DNA of 62,219 nucleotides, filler included, from Globobulimina sp. (GCA_003354225.1; 22 parts of 22 records of this genome joined end to end with filler, not necessarily neighbours in it); one strand, 5' to 3'. Counted from the whole stretch's first letter, positions 48,169-61,442 are shown. Notes: generated by a model not told the origin, from the letters alone. Numbers and translations: made by a program.

Positions 48169-49701
48169 AGATTTAAGTTTTATTAACAATAATATTGAAT
48201 ATATCTGGCTGTACAATAATTTATTTAATTCAACCAATATTGATATGAATAAGTTTAATTCCACATCATTAAAACAATTAATTTTAAGTAACAATCGGTT
48301 TATAAATCGGATAAATTTACAATTCATTGATACATATTTACCCAATTTACAGCAGTTATATTTGGAGAACAATTTATTTGAAAATACGGATGATTTGGAT
48401 TTTAGCGATATTTCCGCGGATTTAAACTTGAAATTAGATGAATACCTATCATGTGATGAGTCGCTATATTGCGATAATACATATTATAATTGTTCCATAT
48501 CCAGAAAGAACAATACCTGTCGAGGTGCATTGCAATGTGCAGATAGCTGCGAGTGTCAGTTCAGTGCCAATTGTTCGCTGTATATTGATGATCAGCAGGA
48601 GCCAGAAACGTATTTTGATGGCAATTATAGCGTAAATTATCACGATATTATGCGTGATATCGATATGAAATATGGTGATGGTAATATGGATGCTGCCGAT
48701 ATGTGGTTGCTACAAACCATTAACATCGATGCTATTATACCCATGATAGCAATAATAAATACAACGAGTACAATGTTCGAGATATCAACATCTATACTTG
48801 TAACATCTACAGATGGGGCGGATAAAAATGCATTGGCGGAGGTATTTGGATCTGAAGCCGTTGCGTGGATTGTGTTTGTAATATGCTTTATAGCCATTGT
48901 ATTGAGTATTTGTTTGGTTGTCAAGTGTATGAAAGGAAGACATGGAAAGCATGCGGATATTGTTCACAATGTAGATATTGAAGAGGCAGATCAGATGAAA
49001 GACAATGGCAATAAAGCTGCGTCGCATGGCTTAGCAACCAAATATGTGACATTAGAACCAATATTAAAAGCTGAGGACGTGAAAGCAGATGAATTCGTTT
49101 CTGCAGTCTCAGTGAGTGATGGTTCTGATATCGGACATGGTGATTTTGGAGATGGTGATGTTGCGGTGGTGAGCAATGCAGCCGAACAGCAACAACTTAT
49201 GATGCAAATGATGATGGTTAATAATATGATGATGGCTCAAATGCAACAAAATATGGACCCGCAACACATGGATAATATGATGATGGCAAATAATATGGAT
49301 CCACAACAACTGTCCATGACAAATACGCTCAATATGCAACAATTAGCAATGGCACAAATGGGAGCACAGCAAGCCAATATCATACCAGGTATAGGTTTTA
49401 TTTACGTATTTTCGATCCGGATTTATACAGAAAATATATGACATGTACAGCTGCGCAAGTTCAGAGCATGGATTCAATGCAGAATATGCCGATTGTTCCA
49501 TTTCAAGTGGAAGAAGTTGCGGATGATAAAACCAAGCAAGAAGCTGCAACATCTGATGATCGGCAAGGAACAAGAAACGAATTGCCAACATTACCAGATG
49601 AAAATGCGGAGAGTGTCGATGAAACAACAGAAGCTTCACCACAACAAGTACAAGGACAAAGTGTTGAAATGCAACAATTTTCAATGGCTCCATTTGATTG
49701 A
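48169..49701 (+). CDS. LRR-containing type I membrane protein with Met/Gln-rich cytoplasmic region
   Basis: LKQLILSNN and LQQLYLENN LRRs, Cys cluster, TM helix, MMMQMMM tract; probable intron near 49390-49450. Confidence 0.75.
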
Positions 49702-50063
49702 AATGTAAAGAAAATACTATTTTTACATGTACATATTTAGACTATTTATAACATTTGTAACTGTGTAGTTTTTTTGGTTCGAATGAGAAAATATCGTTTT
49801 ACATAATATCGCATCGCATCGCATGGTCTGGATTGATGGGTGGATTCCTTTGTCGGGAAATCAGTTCCGAATACAGAGGTCACCGTTTTCATGAAAAAAG
49901 CTTCAGGATTTAATATAACAGAGTGTTTAAATTCAGTTAATTACACTTATATAATTATACTTTACTTGAAAGGTTTTCACAGAAGTTGTTTGTCGAATTT
50001 CGACGCACTTATTTTATATCCTGGCACTGTTTTTGTTCTAAATTATTAAGTAGTTGAAAAATA

Positions 50064-50090
50064 CCTTAGTCACAGATTCAAGGAATACCA
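50064..50090. repeat. Dispersed 27-bp repeat (second copy at 51028-51054 on a different contig)
   Basis: CCTTAGTCACAGATTCAAGGAATACCA is identical in both places. Confidence 0.9.
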
Positions 50091-51602
50091 TACCTACCAG
50101 ATGGCATATAGGCTTATGTCAGTCCAAACACCGGAATATCATCGTCTAAATGCATCATTGGCCAAATCGTTGTCGTTACCTATCAGTGCTATCACAAAAA
50201 CTGATACTTTAACATTACAATTGATGTGGAATGATAAAAAAGCAGAGAAAGACATGAAAAAATATAGTCTTTACGCTGTATTTTCATGTTGCTTAATCTT
50301 AATGGTTGGAACATTTTTATTAACTTACAAAATAATTATCCATCCAACAATAACAAGACACGAATCGTCTTCAAATGTATATCCAATGCGAAATAGCACC
50401 TTATTGGTTGAAAAAAAATATTTAAACAATAAATAATATACATTCTCGTATCATCAAAATGACAAACCACATCCACCAAATGCAGACATTTATGGAATTT
50501 TGGCATTTATCCATTATGGCAACAACACCCCAAGAAATGTAGAAATTGAATATAGTTTGATACATACGAACAATTCGTATGCGTTGGATACATGTTTTGA
50601 GCAAAGTAAATTTGGAAAACATGTTCCTTATCTCGTTGCAATGTGTGACACACAAAATATATTATCACAGTATGCATTATTCCAACTCAATATTGATATT
50701 CCTGACGCTGCTTATTATCAATTACAAATATATTATTTATTATTATCGACCATTAGCATTCATTATCATTATGAAATCTCGACATTCATTGAATATAATA
50801 ATCATTTATATCCCGCATCGCGTTCTTATTATTTTGGAATGCCGCCCAAACAAATAACGGATGGTACTTATGAATTGGACTTTGTTTTTAACACAAATTN
50901 NNNNNNNNNNNNNNNNNNNNNNNNNNNNNNNNNNNNNNNNNNNTTAATTAATTAANNNNNNNNNNNNNNNNNNNNNNNNNNNNNNNNNNNNNNNNNNNNC
51001 TAATTTAGCTAAGCTACTTACTTCATCCCTTAGTCACAGATTCAAGGAATACCACATGATATACTTTAAAATTAGAGTTTGAATTCAAAATATTTCGTTT
51101 TTGAAACACTGAACACTGCCTGTTTATATTACCATTTTCGAACGCATCTATCCCTTTTTTTTTTATTGAAAACAAAAACATTCAAAGACAAAAAAATCCC
51201 TCCGATTTTGTCCTCCGGCAAACCCCAATAAATGTGTGTAGAACCATTCGAGAAACAAAATACGTTTCTCTGTGGGGATTAAAACTGCGTTGTGCACCCG
51301 ATAGGATTTTATATTTATCATTGTTGAGAAAATTGTTATCCTCAAAGTGAAGGTGGTCAAAATGCAAATGATGATGTTGTTAAGTTTCTATTTTAAAATA
51401 GCTGGTGTTGCAAAAATGATTGCCGGAATCATCGAAAAATTAAAAGAAAATTCAGTATACAATTTTGTTGGTCAATTTATATGTATTCATATTAATATTA
51501 AATTAAATTAAATCAACTTAAAACGCATAATCTAAGAACGTACGTTGTTAAATTAAATCCATTCATGATATTAAGGAAGAGTTTATTAAGGAACTAAATA
51601 TG

Positions 51603-52705
51603 TCAATTTGGTTTATAATTTGCAACATTATCCAAATAATCACTCCATTGCGTAAAACAAAAAGGAAGTTCATCGAGATTTTTTACATTTTTTAGTAATG
51701 TTCTTTTGTTTTCATGAAAGTACTTTAATAATCTCGGATATATTTTGTTCACATCGTGATCGTCATCGTTTTCCTCAAATAAATTAAATGCACCCATTAA
51801 ATGTGCAGATGTCACAAAATCATTTCCCTCAAATAAATTAAAAACTGCCACAAAATCATTCTCATTTACATTATTTACCATTTTCTCCAAACAAGCGCGC
51901 AGTAAAAACCTGAGTTGGTAAGAATGTGCAAGTTTGATCAGCTCAAACACATTTGCATCAACTCTCAAATATCCAGTAATGATAAAATGTACCATTTCAT
52001 CAATAATGTCGACTGATTTACATGGAATTTTAATACATTCTTCAGATTTTAAAATATTTGCAAATATCGGATATGAATTTATCAACATTAATCTAGACAT
52101 TTGGACACAATCACCATCCTCATTTTTATCCTCATCTTCGTCTCTCGGAATTCGAACCAATGCAATATCGCCATGCTCTGTTACGAGTTCGTATAAAGAT
52201 TCTAATTTATTTATATTGTGTTCTCTTAATGCATGTCTTAGACTATATTCTTCGTCTAAATTAATGGAGACACTAATTTTTTTATAACGTTTAATATGTT
52301 GAACAGTAAATAATTTCTTTCTACCCCACGACGGTGTATATAAAGTGATTGGTTTGGGATGAATCATTATTCTTTCATCACCACATTGCATTTCTAAGGT
52401 TATGAATCTATTATCTTTGACAAATGCTTTGCCGGAGAGATCTGTGATTGCAATGTAGCCGGATGCATATGTACTATCAGCTTCATCGTCCGCTTCATCG
52501 ACACCTACATATTTCATATACTCGTTATATTCGAATAGAACATTAAATACATCAAAATTTACAATTTACCTTTAGGATAATAACTAAATTTTGCTTTCAC
52601 ATTTTGTAATTTCCACGGAATATCAAATATTTTAGTACACTCTACATCGGAAACATCAAATGTAACTTGTACACTCTTGTTACGATTGGTTAATGAAGTT
52701 GGCAT
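51603..52705 (-). CDS. BTB/POZ-domain protein
   Basis: GDIALV...RLMLINSYPIFANIL...MVHFIITG...LAHSYQLRFLLRAC. A probable first exon starts at ATG 52705. Confidence 0.75.
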
Positions 52706-52750
52706 GTTAAAGTCAAAAGTATAGGTATTTAGGAGTTGCTTGATTTAAAG

Positions 52751-53656
52751 ATGTTTGACATTGCCAAAGTAAAAAAAAAACTTCAAAAAAACATGGCAAG
52801 TAATGATGAAAAAAGTGGAAGTAAAATGCGCGAAATTAGCGAAAGCAGTCCAATTCATTTATCTGCAACCCAGAATCCACAATGTTTTGAAGGTATTGAA
52901 ATCACAGAAAACGTTTATCATTTAAAAACGAAAAGGAAATATCGAACAACTCCATTTTTTATTAAAATCCATCCAATTAAACATTATGAATTATCATGGA
53001 AGTATAAAATCACACAACATTCATTATTTTATTTTACAATTTTTTGTTATGATAAACATTATCGGTTAATTCAATCATTTGATATTCTTCGGAAAGGTAA
53101 ACCAGTGATAATTGTCGAAATATTGAATGATAAAAAAACTATTAAATGTAATGGTGATTTAAATGGATGGAATAAAATTAAAACACAATGTTGTAAAAGA
53201 ATTATTGCACTTAATTATAATCCAAATGATATTGATGATGTTAATAAAGTATTTGCAGATTGTTATATTCAATATGTTGGTAATTGGAAAAGTATAAATG
53301 CAGAAAATGGTGGTTATTGTAATATTAATATTCATAATAAAACAATTAAATTATCAAAAGAAATACCACCACATATAAAAAATAAAATTATTCCAAATAT
53401 GACAGTAATTAGAAATCATTATGCAGGCAGTACAAATTTATATCCATTTTATCATTGTACAAATAATTTGTTTTTAAACAATGAATGGAATGAAGCAAAG
53501 CATAAAATAGAAGGCGTTTCTTCAATATTTCAAAATGAACCAGAACCAGTCAATAAATTTAGAAAAGGAACAAAATATATAAAATTAGCTGTTGTTTGTA
53601 ACAAAGGTGAAGTTTATTTTAATAATGTATTATTAAAAACAGTTCCGATTCAATAA
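52751..53656 (+). CDS. Hypothetical protein resembling bacterial/phage jelly-roll (carbohydrate-binding-like) domain
   Basis: PIKHYELS...FYFTIFCYDKHYRLI and VIRNHYAGSTNLY...W...IEG...KFRKGTKYIKL pattern (recalled similarity). Confidence 0.5.
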   Translation: MFDIAKVKKKLQKNMASNDEKSGSKMREISESSPIHLSATQNPQCFEGIEITENVYHLKTKRKYRTTPFFIKIHPIKHYELSWKYKITQHSLFYFTIFCYDKHYRLIQSFDILRKGKPVIIVEILNDKKTIKCNGDLNGWNKIKTQCCKRIIALNYNPNDIDDVNKVFADCYIQYVGNWKSINAENGGYCNINIHNKTIKLSKEIPPHIKNKIIPNMTVIRNHYAGSTNLYPFYHCTNNLFLNNEWNEAKHKIEGVSSIFQNEPEPVNKFRKGTKYIKLAVVCNKGEVYFNNVLLKTVPIQ

Positions 53657-54030
53657 AACATGTACACCATTCGTTTCTGTGTTTTTTTAGTCAGCTCTAG
53701 TCTATTTTTAATGGGCAACCTTAGATTAANNNNNNNNNNNNNNNNNNNNNNNNNNNNNNNNNNNNNNNNNNNNTTAATTAATTAANNNNNNNNNNNNNNN
53801 NNNNNNNNNNNNNNNNNNNNNNNNNNNNNCAATGATAACAACAATGATAACGGTAATGATGTTGTTGCTGTTGAAATGGCTGAAGGTGGCCGTCAAGTTT
53901 ATGATTGAAAATTCATGACATTAATCCAACTTGTTTTGTGATCGTGTTTGGTGTCGCGTTTGTAGCGTTTAATTTTAATTTTTGTTGTTTTTGAAGAAGT
54001 TGAGGAAAACTATCGAAAAACCGTTTGACA

Positions 54031-54957
54031 ATGGATTATTTGCCTGTTGTTTCCTGGACAATCATCTGTATCACTTTTATTTGTCATATTCTTGATTTAA
54101 AATATAAATTACCATCAAAATATATTAACTTTTCAGGAGAAAGTGTTTTGTCACACAAGTATTATGTACTATTTACATTCGGATTATTCCACGGTAATTC
54201 ATCTCATTTAATTCAACAATTAACGTTGTTGATGCCTTTATCAGTTGCGGTAGAATATAAAATGGGTTCTTTGTATTTATTATCCTCATATTTTATTTGT
54301 GGAATATTTGGAACTTTAATAGCATGGCGCATTGATCGTGGCTATTTTTCTAGATTATACCCAGAAACTGGTCGGTTCCTCGCGGATTGTATATGGAGCA
54401 GAGGCTCATCAGGCCATGTTTATGGTATTTGTGGCTTGTCATCAATATTATGTCCAAATGAATATTTGTTTCAACGGTGTGATTATGGCATTGCACGTCT
54501 TGGAACAATTTGGATGCTAATAACTAATTTGTTATTTCATTTATTTCATTCAAAATCATATTTTATGCATTACCCAAAACAGTCGTATCCAATTTTAATT
54601 ATGTTTTGCATTATTTTGTTATATTTTGGACACAATAAAGTGACAATTGAACAGTATTTATGCGTTTATTTTATTCATTTAGGTATTTGGAGATTGTTTC
54701 CACGAACATTCAATGTGACAGAAGACAGTTTTATTGCTTCAGATTATAAAAGTCATTTAATTGGAGCTACATTTGGAGTTTTGTTTGGTGTTTTTGGCTC
54801 AACCAATGCTGATTGGAAAGCCATTCAAAATACTTGTGTTTTTTTACCATATTTTTGTATTGTGCTATCTGATGGGTTGTGTGGGCAGTATATGGTTCAC
54901 AGGAGAATTCAATTAAACTTTGCAAAAATGAAAGCTCGAAAAGCATATCCGACCTAA
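54031..54957 (+). CDS. Rhomboid-family intramembrane serine protease
   Basis: LFTFGLFHGNSSHL, catalytic GSSG and HLIGATFG. Confidence 0.8.
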   Translation: MDYLPVVSWTIICITFICHILDLKYKLPSKYINFSGESVLSHKYYVLFTFGLFHGNSSHLIQQLTLLMPLSVAVEYKMGSLYLLSSYFICGIFGTLIAWRIDRGYFSRLYPETGRFLADCIWSRGSSGHVYGICGLSSILCPNEYLFQRCDYGIARLGTIWMLITNLLFHLFHSKSYFMHYPKQSYPILIMFCIILLYFGHNKVTIEQYLCVYFIHLGIWRLFPRTFNVTEDSFIASDYKSHLIGATFGVLFGVFGSTNADWKAIQNTCVFLPYFCIVLSDGLCGQYMVHRRIQLNFAKMKARKAYPT

Positions 54958-55075
54958 TGAAAGCTCAAAAAGCATTTAACGGCTTTGCCTTTTTTTGATT
55001 AGCGTCAGAAACTGAAACGATAGTTTCCGGCAAATATTTTCGAATTAAGAATTTTGGCGAACTTCTCTTCTTGTC

Positions 55076-55720
55076 ATGGGTGGCATTTGTCAGCGCATTA
55101 GTGAGCTATTTTGTAGAGCATGCCTGAAAACGTGCACATGCAGAGGCAGGTATCATGGACATAATATTTGTTCCCCATGGATTTGGAAAAGTAGCGATGA
55201 GGATAATATTGAGAAATTCTCCACAATTCGTAGAAATACAATATGTAACAGTACATGTCGGGATGGATATATATGGGTTTCAATTTCTATCATGACGTTT
55301 GGTTTTGGGTTTTTATTCTCTGGATTTAAGATTTCACCAATTATAATCATCCCGGCAACGTTTGCATTTTTTGGGTTAATTACATGGAATTATAATTTAA
55401 CCAGTTATAATCAACAGTATTTCTGCATTGATCTTAATGATAACACTGTCTATGTCATTGATCAATTACTTATCAAAAAATGGCATCATATTAAAAATGA
55501 GCTTGGCACTATCGAGTCTTTTCACAATGCAAACAAAAATGGGGTGCATGAATGGAAGACATCCACTAAAGGTAGGAAAGGATGGAAGTATAAATATCAC
55601 GTATCAGTCCAATCAAGGATGAAAAGGTTCGTATATTCGGGGGATAAAAGCAGAGCAGCGAGCTTTGTAAAATGGCTGCAAAAATATCTAAAAAAGGAGG
55701 ATACTCAGACACTTTTATAA
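55076..55720 (+). CDS. Two-TM membrane protein of unknown function
   Basis: 214-aa ATG ORF with a Cys-rich N-terminus and two TM helices. Confidence 0.55.
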   Translation: MGGICQRISELFCRACLKTCTCRGRYHGHNICSPWIWKSSDEDNIEKFSTIRRNTICNSTCRDGYIWVSISIMTFGFGFLFSGFKISPIIIIPATFAFFGLITWNYNLTSYNQQYFCIDLNDNTVYVIDQLLIKKWHHIKNELGTIESFHNANKNGVHEWKTSTKGRKGWKYKYHVSVQSRMKRFVYSGDKSRAASFVKWLQKYLKKEDTQTLL

Positions 55721-56080
55721 TGTTAATTTAATAATTTAATTGTACAGTAAATGTTATCTGCAATATAAAATCACGAGAATGCGTATATGATATTCGCAGC
55801 ATAATTCATAATCTCAGAAACCACCCAAAATGGGCTGAATACTGAAAGACTACATCACCCAAAGTGGACTACATCATCTTAATTACCTCCTGAAGTTTCA
55901 AATCTTGCTGGCTTTTGAACCATGTCACCGCTCCTCTTACTTTTATTATAATTATGTCTATAGCTACCTCACCAACACAGTCAACACTCAGCTATTTGAC
56001 AGCGAAAGGACAATTCCAGCACTTTAAACATAGAGAAATCATCGATATCACAACAAAATATTAAGCCCTGCCTTGCACCG

Positions 56081-56559
56081 ATGTCTTTTACCTTTGATTT
56101 GTTGAAACAAAATGAAATATTAACAATGCACGATCGTCAACAACAACCAATAAATAAACTAACATCATTGGAACAATTTTATACGAATGTTTCAATGGTT
56201 TATGATAAACAACAACAAGAAGAGGAAAAGGAAAAGGAAAAAGAAGACGAAGATGAGGACGAAGACGACGAAGAAGAAGAAGAGGAAAAGGAAAAAGAAA
56301 AGGAGATATTTGTAACAATAATTGATAATTTAGATAAGGCGCGGTATCAATTGGATGAAATGTGCGCTGTCATTGATATGTTGAGCAAGAATACAAATAA
56401 TAATAACAATGAGTTATTGTATAAACTAAGTCGCCCATTGACTTATGAAATAATGCACAGACAGCATTTCTGCGCCATTTCCCGGCAAAAAACAGATCAA
56501 TTTAGTAAATCTTTGGACATTTTTCAAAATGGAATGGTATCTATCAATAAATCCATAGA
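56081..56559 (+). CDS. Acidic-tract protein, N-terminal part (weakly MED17-like)
   Basis: E/D/K tract followed by helical LDKARYQLDEMCAVIDML. Confidence 0.4.
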
Positions 56560-56659
56560 NNNNNNNNNNNNNNNNNNNNNNNNNNNNNNNNNNNNNNNNN
56601 NNNTTAATTAATTAANNNNNNNNNNNNNNNNNNNNNNNNNNNNNNNNNNNNNNNNNNNN

Positions 56660-59182
56660 TACAAACCTGAAGTAACTGACTCTGAAAACAAAAACTCTGA
56701 GTCTGAAAATGCAGAGAAACCCAACCTGAAAGTTGCGGTGAAGTGTTATAACAAATCATGCACAAATTATATACAAACTAATTATAATAATAATCAGATA
56801 AAATACTGCAAAGTGACGTGCAGCACATGCAATATTGATACAAATGGAGACGTTTTAAACAAAATTAAATATGAATGGATTTGCCCACGCACGGATTGTA
56901 CGGGCGGTCCTTGGCTTACATTGACTGGTTTTATTAAACATTTTGAGAGAATGAGGAAGAATTATAATTGTGAGCAGCATCAAAATTATAACGATATCTA
57001 TGGTACATTCCATATTAAGCCGTGCAACGAAAATACGTGCAATAATTATACAAAAACGGTTAAAAATTTAGTTTTTAAATATAAAAGAATTAACAACGAC
57101 GTTGACGGATATTGTGCGGGCTGTTCGTTATTGAATCGCTCGAATAACATAAAAAACGGCACCGGCGAACTACAGAAATATAATTGTATTGATTCTATCA
57201 ATTTATTGCGTACAAATGTCGCCGATAAGATCCCCAGTCAGATATTGGATGACTATACTAATTTATTAGCAAACTGTTATAAAATGATAGTTACGTCGAA
57301 TGACCATCGATTAATTGAATTATATGAGAAAATATTAAGTCTGGCACCAAAAATAATTTTAAATGAAAATAATCGCGGCAGCGGCAATAATGATGAAAAT
57401 AAAAAACAAAGTATACAATTTATGCAAAATAAGATTAGAGCGTTCCGAGAATTAGATTTTGAACAAATTATTAAAGCCGTGGCCTATACGGAATGCGAGA
57501 TGGAAAAAATAAAAATATCTTCAGAGAAATCAAAAAATAAAAACAAGGCGTTGAGTGGCGAAGAATTGGAGATTAAAATAAATAAAATGCGGCAAAAACG
57601 TATCACAAAATATGCGAAATTAAACGATTTAAGTAAATCATACAAACAAACTGAATATAAGCCCGCGATGGATATCACACAACAAAAGAAAGAAAAATGG
57701 CAAAGTAAGTTTATAAAAATGAAAGAGTACACAAAGAAGATTGATTATATTAATGGCAGCTATAAATATATTAAAGTTGACGAAGACATTGCAATTAAAT
57801 TAATAAATAAGATGAAAAAAGGTAGTACGGGTGGACCAGACCAACAATCTGCGTTTCATCATCAACAACTTATCAATGCAAACAACGAAGAATATAATAA
57901 ATGGTTTTTGAAGTACATTGAGAAAATATGCAATAATGATTTGACGGATTTTCAAGTAATTAATATTATGACATCGAATGGCATACCAATTCCAAAGAAA
58001 GACCCGTTGGATTTAAGGCCGTTGATATTAAATAAAATTAGTATTAGAATTGCAAATTCATATTCAGTGTATTCGGAGATTGAGAGTTTAGCCACAGTCC
58101 AACTTAAAAATCAATATGGAATGAATAAAAAGAATGCGTTGAGTATAATCGTCCACTCAATGGATAAATTTATCGAGTATGCAACGTATAAAAATAATAA
58201 ATATTTCAATCAAAAAGAAGATTATTTAAACAGTAATAGAAAGTGGCAACCAATCAACTGTGAAAAAAAGCAAATTAGAAAAATATTAGAAAATAATAAG
58301 TACACATTCGGCGACGATGAACATATTAATGATGAGATTATAAACACGTTATTTTGGGATAATTCGGACTTGGATAATATTAATATTTTGATGAAAGATG
58401 ATATGGCAAATTTCTTTAATCGGATTTTACGCAAACCATCACTCAGAAATTTAAAAAATAGAGCACCTAATCTGTACAATATTGCCTATGTAAATTATAG
58501 TGCGCCGACGAAGGTAATTTTTAATGGTGAAATACAAGAAATGTCCGACGGCCTTCATCAAGGCAACACAGTGACGAATATTATCGTTATTGTTAATGAG
58601 AGAGATATAATGGATTTAGTACATGAGATGGCAGCGGAAGCAAATTATTTGAATGAATTATTAATTGAATTAAATTATATCGATGATACAAATAAAGGGG
58701 ACTCAATACGTAAATGCATAATAAATCACTTATTAAAAAAGAAAATTGGTATAAAATATGGCAATAAATTTAATAATAAAAAAACAGAAATTATTTTGAC
58801 GCATAACAGAGATAAATTAAATAAATCAACCAATCAATATTTTATTAATTATAAATTTAAGATTTTGGAAAATTCTGAGTTCGAAATGCTTGGTATTCAG
58901 CGTGGAAAAGGCAAATATAATAAAATGATGAATAAAAAATTGGATAAAATGAATAATAAAATCGATATTATTAACTCCATTGAGAGTAATTGGTACAAAT
59001 ACAAACTATTAAATTCATGCGAGAAATTTGAAAATCTAAATTATTTTTTACAATGCAATGACAATATACCGAGTATTGACGAAGAAGGCAAATATGAGAT
59101 TGATGATAATAATGAGTGGATAAACAAAGCAGAGCAAATTCATGAAAGAATACTTAAGTCCGCTAAATGGAAAGAATACTAA
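56660..59182 (+). mobile_element. Non-LTR retrotransposon ORF with reverse transcriptase, CRE/SLACS-like clade, truncated
   Basis: N-terminal Cys/His fingers. RT motifs GSTGGPDQ, IPIPKK..LRPL, NQYG, DMANFFN, GLHQG, YIDD, FNNKKT, MLG. No endonuclease domain is visible before the stop. Confidence 0.85.
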
Positions 59183-59489
59183 CAATGCGTTCAATGGCAA
59201 AAATAAAGGAAATATTATACTACAGATTTGTTTAACATAAGTATTAGAATAATTTTATCATACTTTCGCGCTACTTGACAAGGTCAATAATTATTTATTA
59301 CTGATATGTATACATCTGACAATACTTTCCGTTTCCTATTTGCAAATACAAATATTTGTTCGCATTTGGATTAATATTTTCTTTTCTGCNNNNNNNNNNN
59401 NNNNNNNNNNNNNNNNNNNNNNNNNNNNNNNNNTTAATTAATTAANNNNNNNNNNNNNNNNNNNNNNNNNNNNNNNNNNNNNNNNNNNN

Positions 59490-59951
59490 TTCAGCTTCAT
59501 CGGTGGTGTCTATACAAATGGTATTGTTTCCGCCCAACAAAGCTGGTTTCAGCCGTTCAAAATCGCTGAAATAGTATCCAATGTCACGGAACACGCGCAG
59601 AGGATTTTTATTTTTATGTTTCCATTCAAGTATGTTGACCAATGTGGCATCATTTATTGATGAGTTGTAATCTCCGGTGTTTGTTCCGTTATACACAAAA
59701 CCTGATGAATCAAATATTGCTTTGATATTATATCGCTGGTTAAATAGTTTTGTGTGCAACTCTCTGTTTTCGAGAATTCTTTGTACTGTGCGCGAACCCA
59801 TAGAACCACAGCCAAACAACACAATATTTAACTGGGAAACGTTCTGTCTCGCCAGAAAATCAGTCATTCCACTCTGACCTTTAAGCACTCTACTTTTTGT
59901 TTTATATTTTGGTGGTTTGAATCGTGGGGCATAAGAAGCATAAGTCGACAT
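59490..59951 (-). CDS. Homoserine dehydrogenase NAD-binding domain, 3' truncated
   Basis: NIVLFGCGSMG, AIFDSSG and CIDTT. Confidence 0.75.
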
Positions 59952-60124
59952 GATTGAGAACACTGCGTAGAAAATTCTTTTAATTTCCAGCGTACTTAAA
60001 AAAAACTTTATTTTACAAAAACAACACCAAAAAGCCAACATGTCGTGCAAGTTCAGTAGTTTGTTAGCATATGGTTGCATATGGATAATTTTATACATTC
60101 ATACTTTTCAGTGCAAGGAACAAA

Positions 60125-61150
60125 GTGTGTACGGTGGCGGACATCGTATTATGTGAAAGTTCAGAATTCTGTTGCATTTGCTTGGAATCAATATCTTTTT
60201 CTGATCGTTCTTCTCTCGATCAATGTGAACATATATACCACAAATCGTGTATATTATCATGGTCTGGTATAGAAAATGCGTGTCCTCTTTGCAAAAAAGT
60301 TAAGTTGTATATCAAACACAGTGTCAACTTTACATGTTATCCAATCAAAAAGAGATTTAATGTCATTCATGATACCGCTACAAATAAAAAAATAAATATT
60401 GATTTCAAAGTTCAACCAGCAAATAATTACATTGATTTTGATATGATTTGGGTTGATTGCGTTTGTGACCACTGTGGTTGTGGTGATAATGAACAGTTAT
60501 TACTGTTTTGCAATGGATGCAATTGTATCTCTCACACTTACTGTGTTGGATTAGGTGATGCCACACCATCTGAATATTACTGCGATGACTGTTGTTCAAA
60601 GAAAGTAATACAACGATTGCAACAGCAAAAACTATTAAAGAAATGGCAAAAAGAGGTCGGAATAATAGATAACTGCGACAAATTGAAAATAAAAACATAT
60701 GCGCGGAAAAACAGAAGAAAGTATCAACCAAAACGATTAAAATTTAATTCATCAAAATTAAAATCACTGGAAAATTATAAAAACGACGATATTAAACCAA
60801 ATGAAATGGGAAAAGCAAAACACAGCACATCGTCATTGAATCGATTACCAACACCATTACTATCAAATATTTTGATAATCTGCGGTGTTGGGAATAAAAA
60901 ACGAGTGTTAAGGTTTAGGGGAAATGTAAATGGTAAACATTGTGGAAGCAGCTTAGCGAATTTATTTACATATTCAGAGAAATGTAAATCTGAAAACCTT
61001 AAAAGTAAAATTATTGATTATCATTCTGCTTCAAAGCGAAAGCGAAATCGTAAAAGAAAGTACAATCAAATTGACAGTGATTCAAAGTGTATCGTGAAAA
61101 AAATAAGGTATAATCATTCTGCTCCACGCTCTGCATTGACTTATTTGTGA
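60125..61150 (+). CDS. RING + PHD finger protein (PHRF1-like)
   Basis: CCICL...CEHIYHKSCI..W...CPLCK, then CDHC..DNEQLLLFCNGC...HTYC...YYCDDC. Confidence 0.85.
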   Translation: MCTVADIVLCESSEFCCICLESISFSDRSSLDQCEHIYHKSCILSWSGIENACPLCKKVKLYIKHSVNFTCYPIKKRFNVIHDTATNKKINIDFKVQPANNYIDFDMIWVDCVCDHCGCGDNEQLLLFCNGCNCISHTYCVGLGDATPSEYYCDDCCSKKVIQRLQQQKLLKKWQKEVGIIDNCDKLKIKTYARKNRRKYQPKRLKFNSSKLKSLENYKNDDIKPNEMGKAKHSTSSLNRLPTPLLSNILIICGVGNKKRVLRFRGNVNGKHCGSSLANLFTYSEKCKSENLKSKIIDYHSASKRKRNRKRKYNQIDSDSKCIVKKIRYNHSAPRSALTYL

Positions 61151-61442
61151 ACCACAACGACTTTATCCCTTTATAATGACTAAATAATTTGCATTAATTT
61201 ATTCGATCGCGAGGGTTATTTAAATTTAACGTAATTATAATGAGTGAGAACATGTTGTTATAAAATCTGAAAATGTAATAATTAAAAAACACAGTGAAAC
61301 ATGTGTACGCGGATTTTTCTTGAGTTTATACAAGATCATAATCATCAAATATGAGTATATGGTTCGCTTAAAAGGTACTCCTGACTACTCCATATCCTTA
61401 TTAGGCGATAAACCTCACTAAGTTTTTTTGCTTTTGACAATA

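Noticed and set aside
2736-59489. Regularly spaced TTAATTAATTAA motif as a biological repeat
   Set aside because: It is always embedded in N-runs at contig joins, so it is an artificial linker. ORF ends containing X are artefacts.
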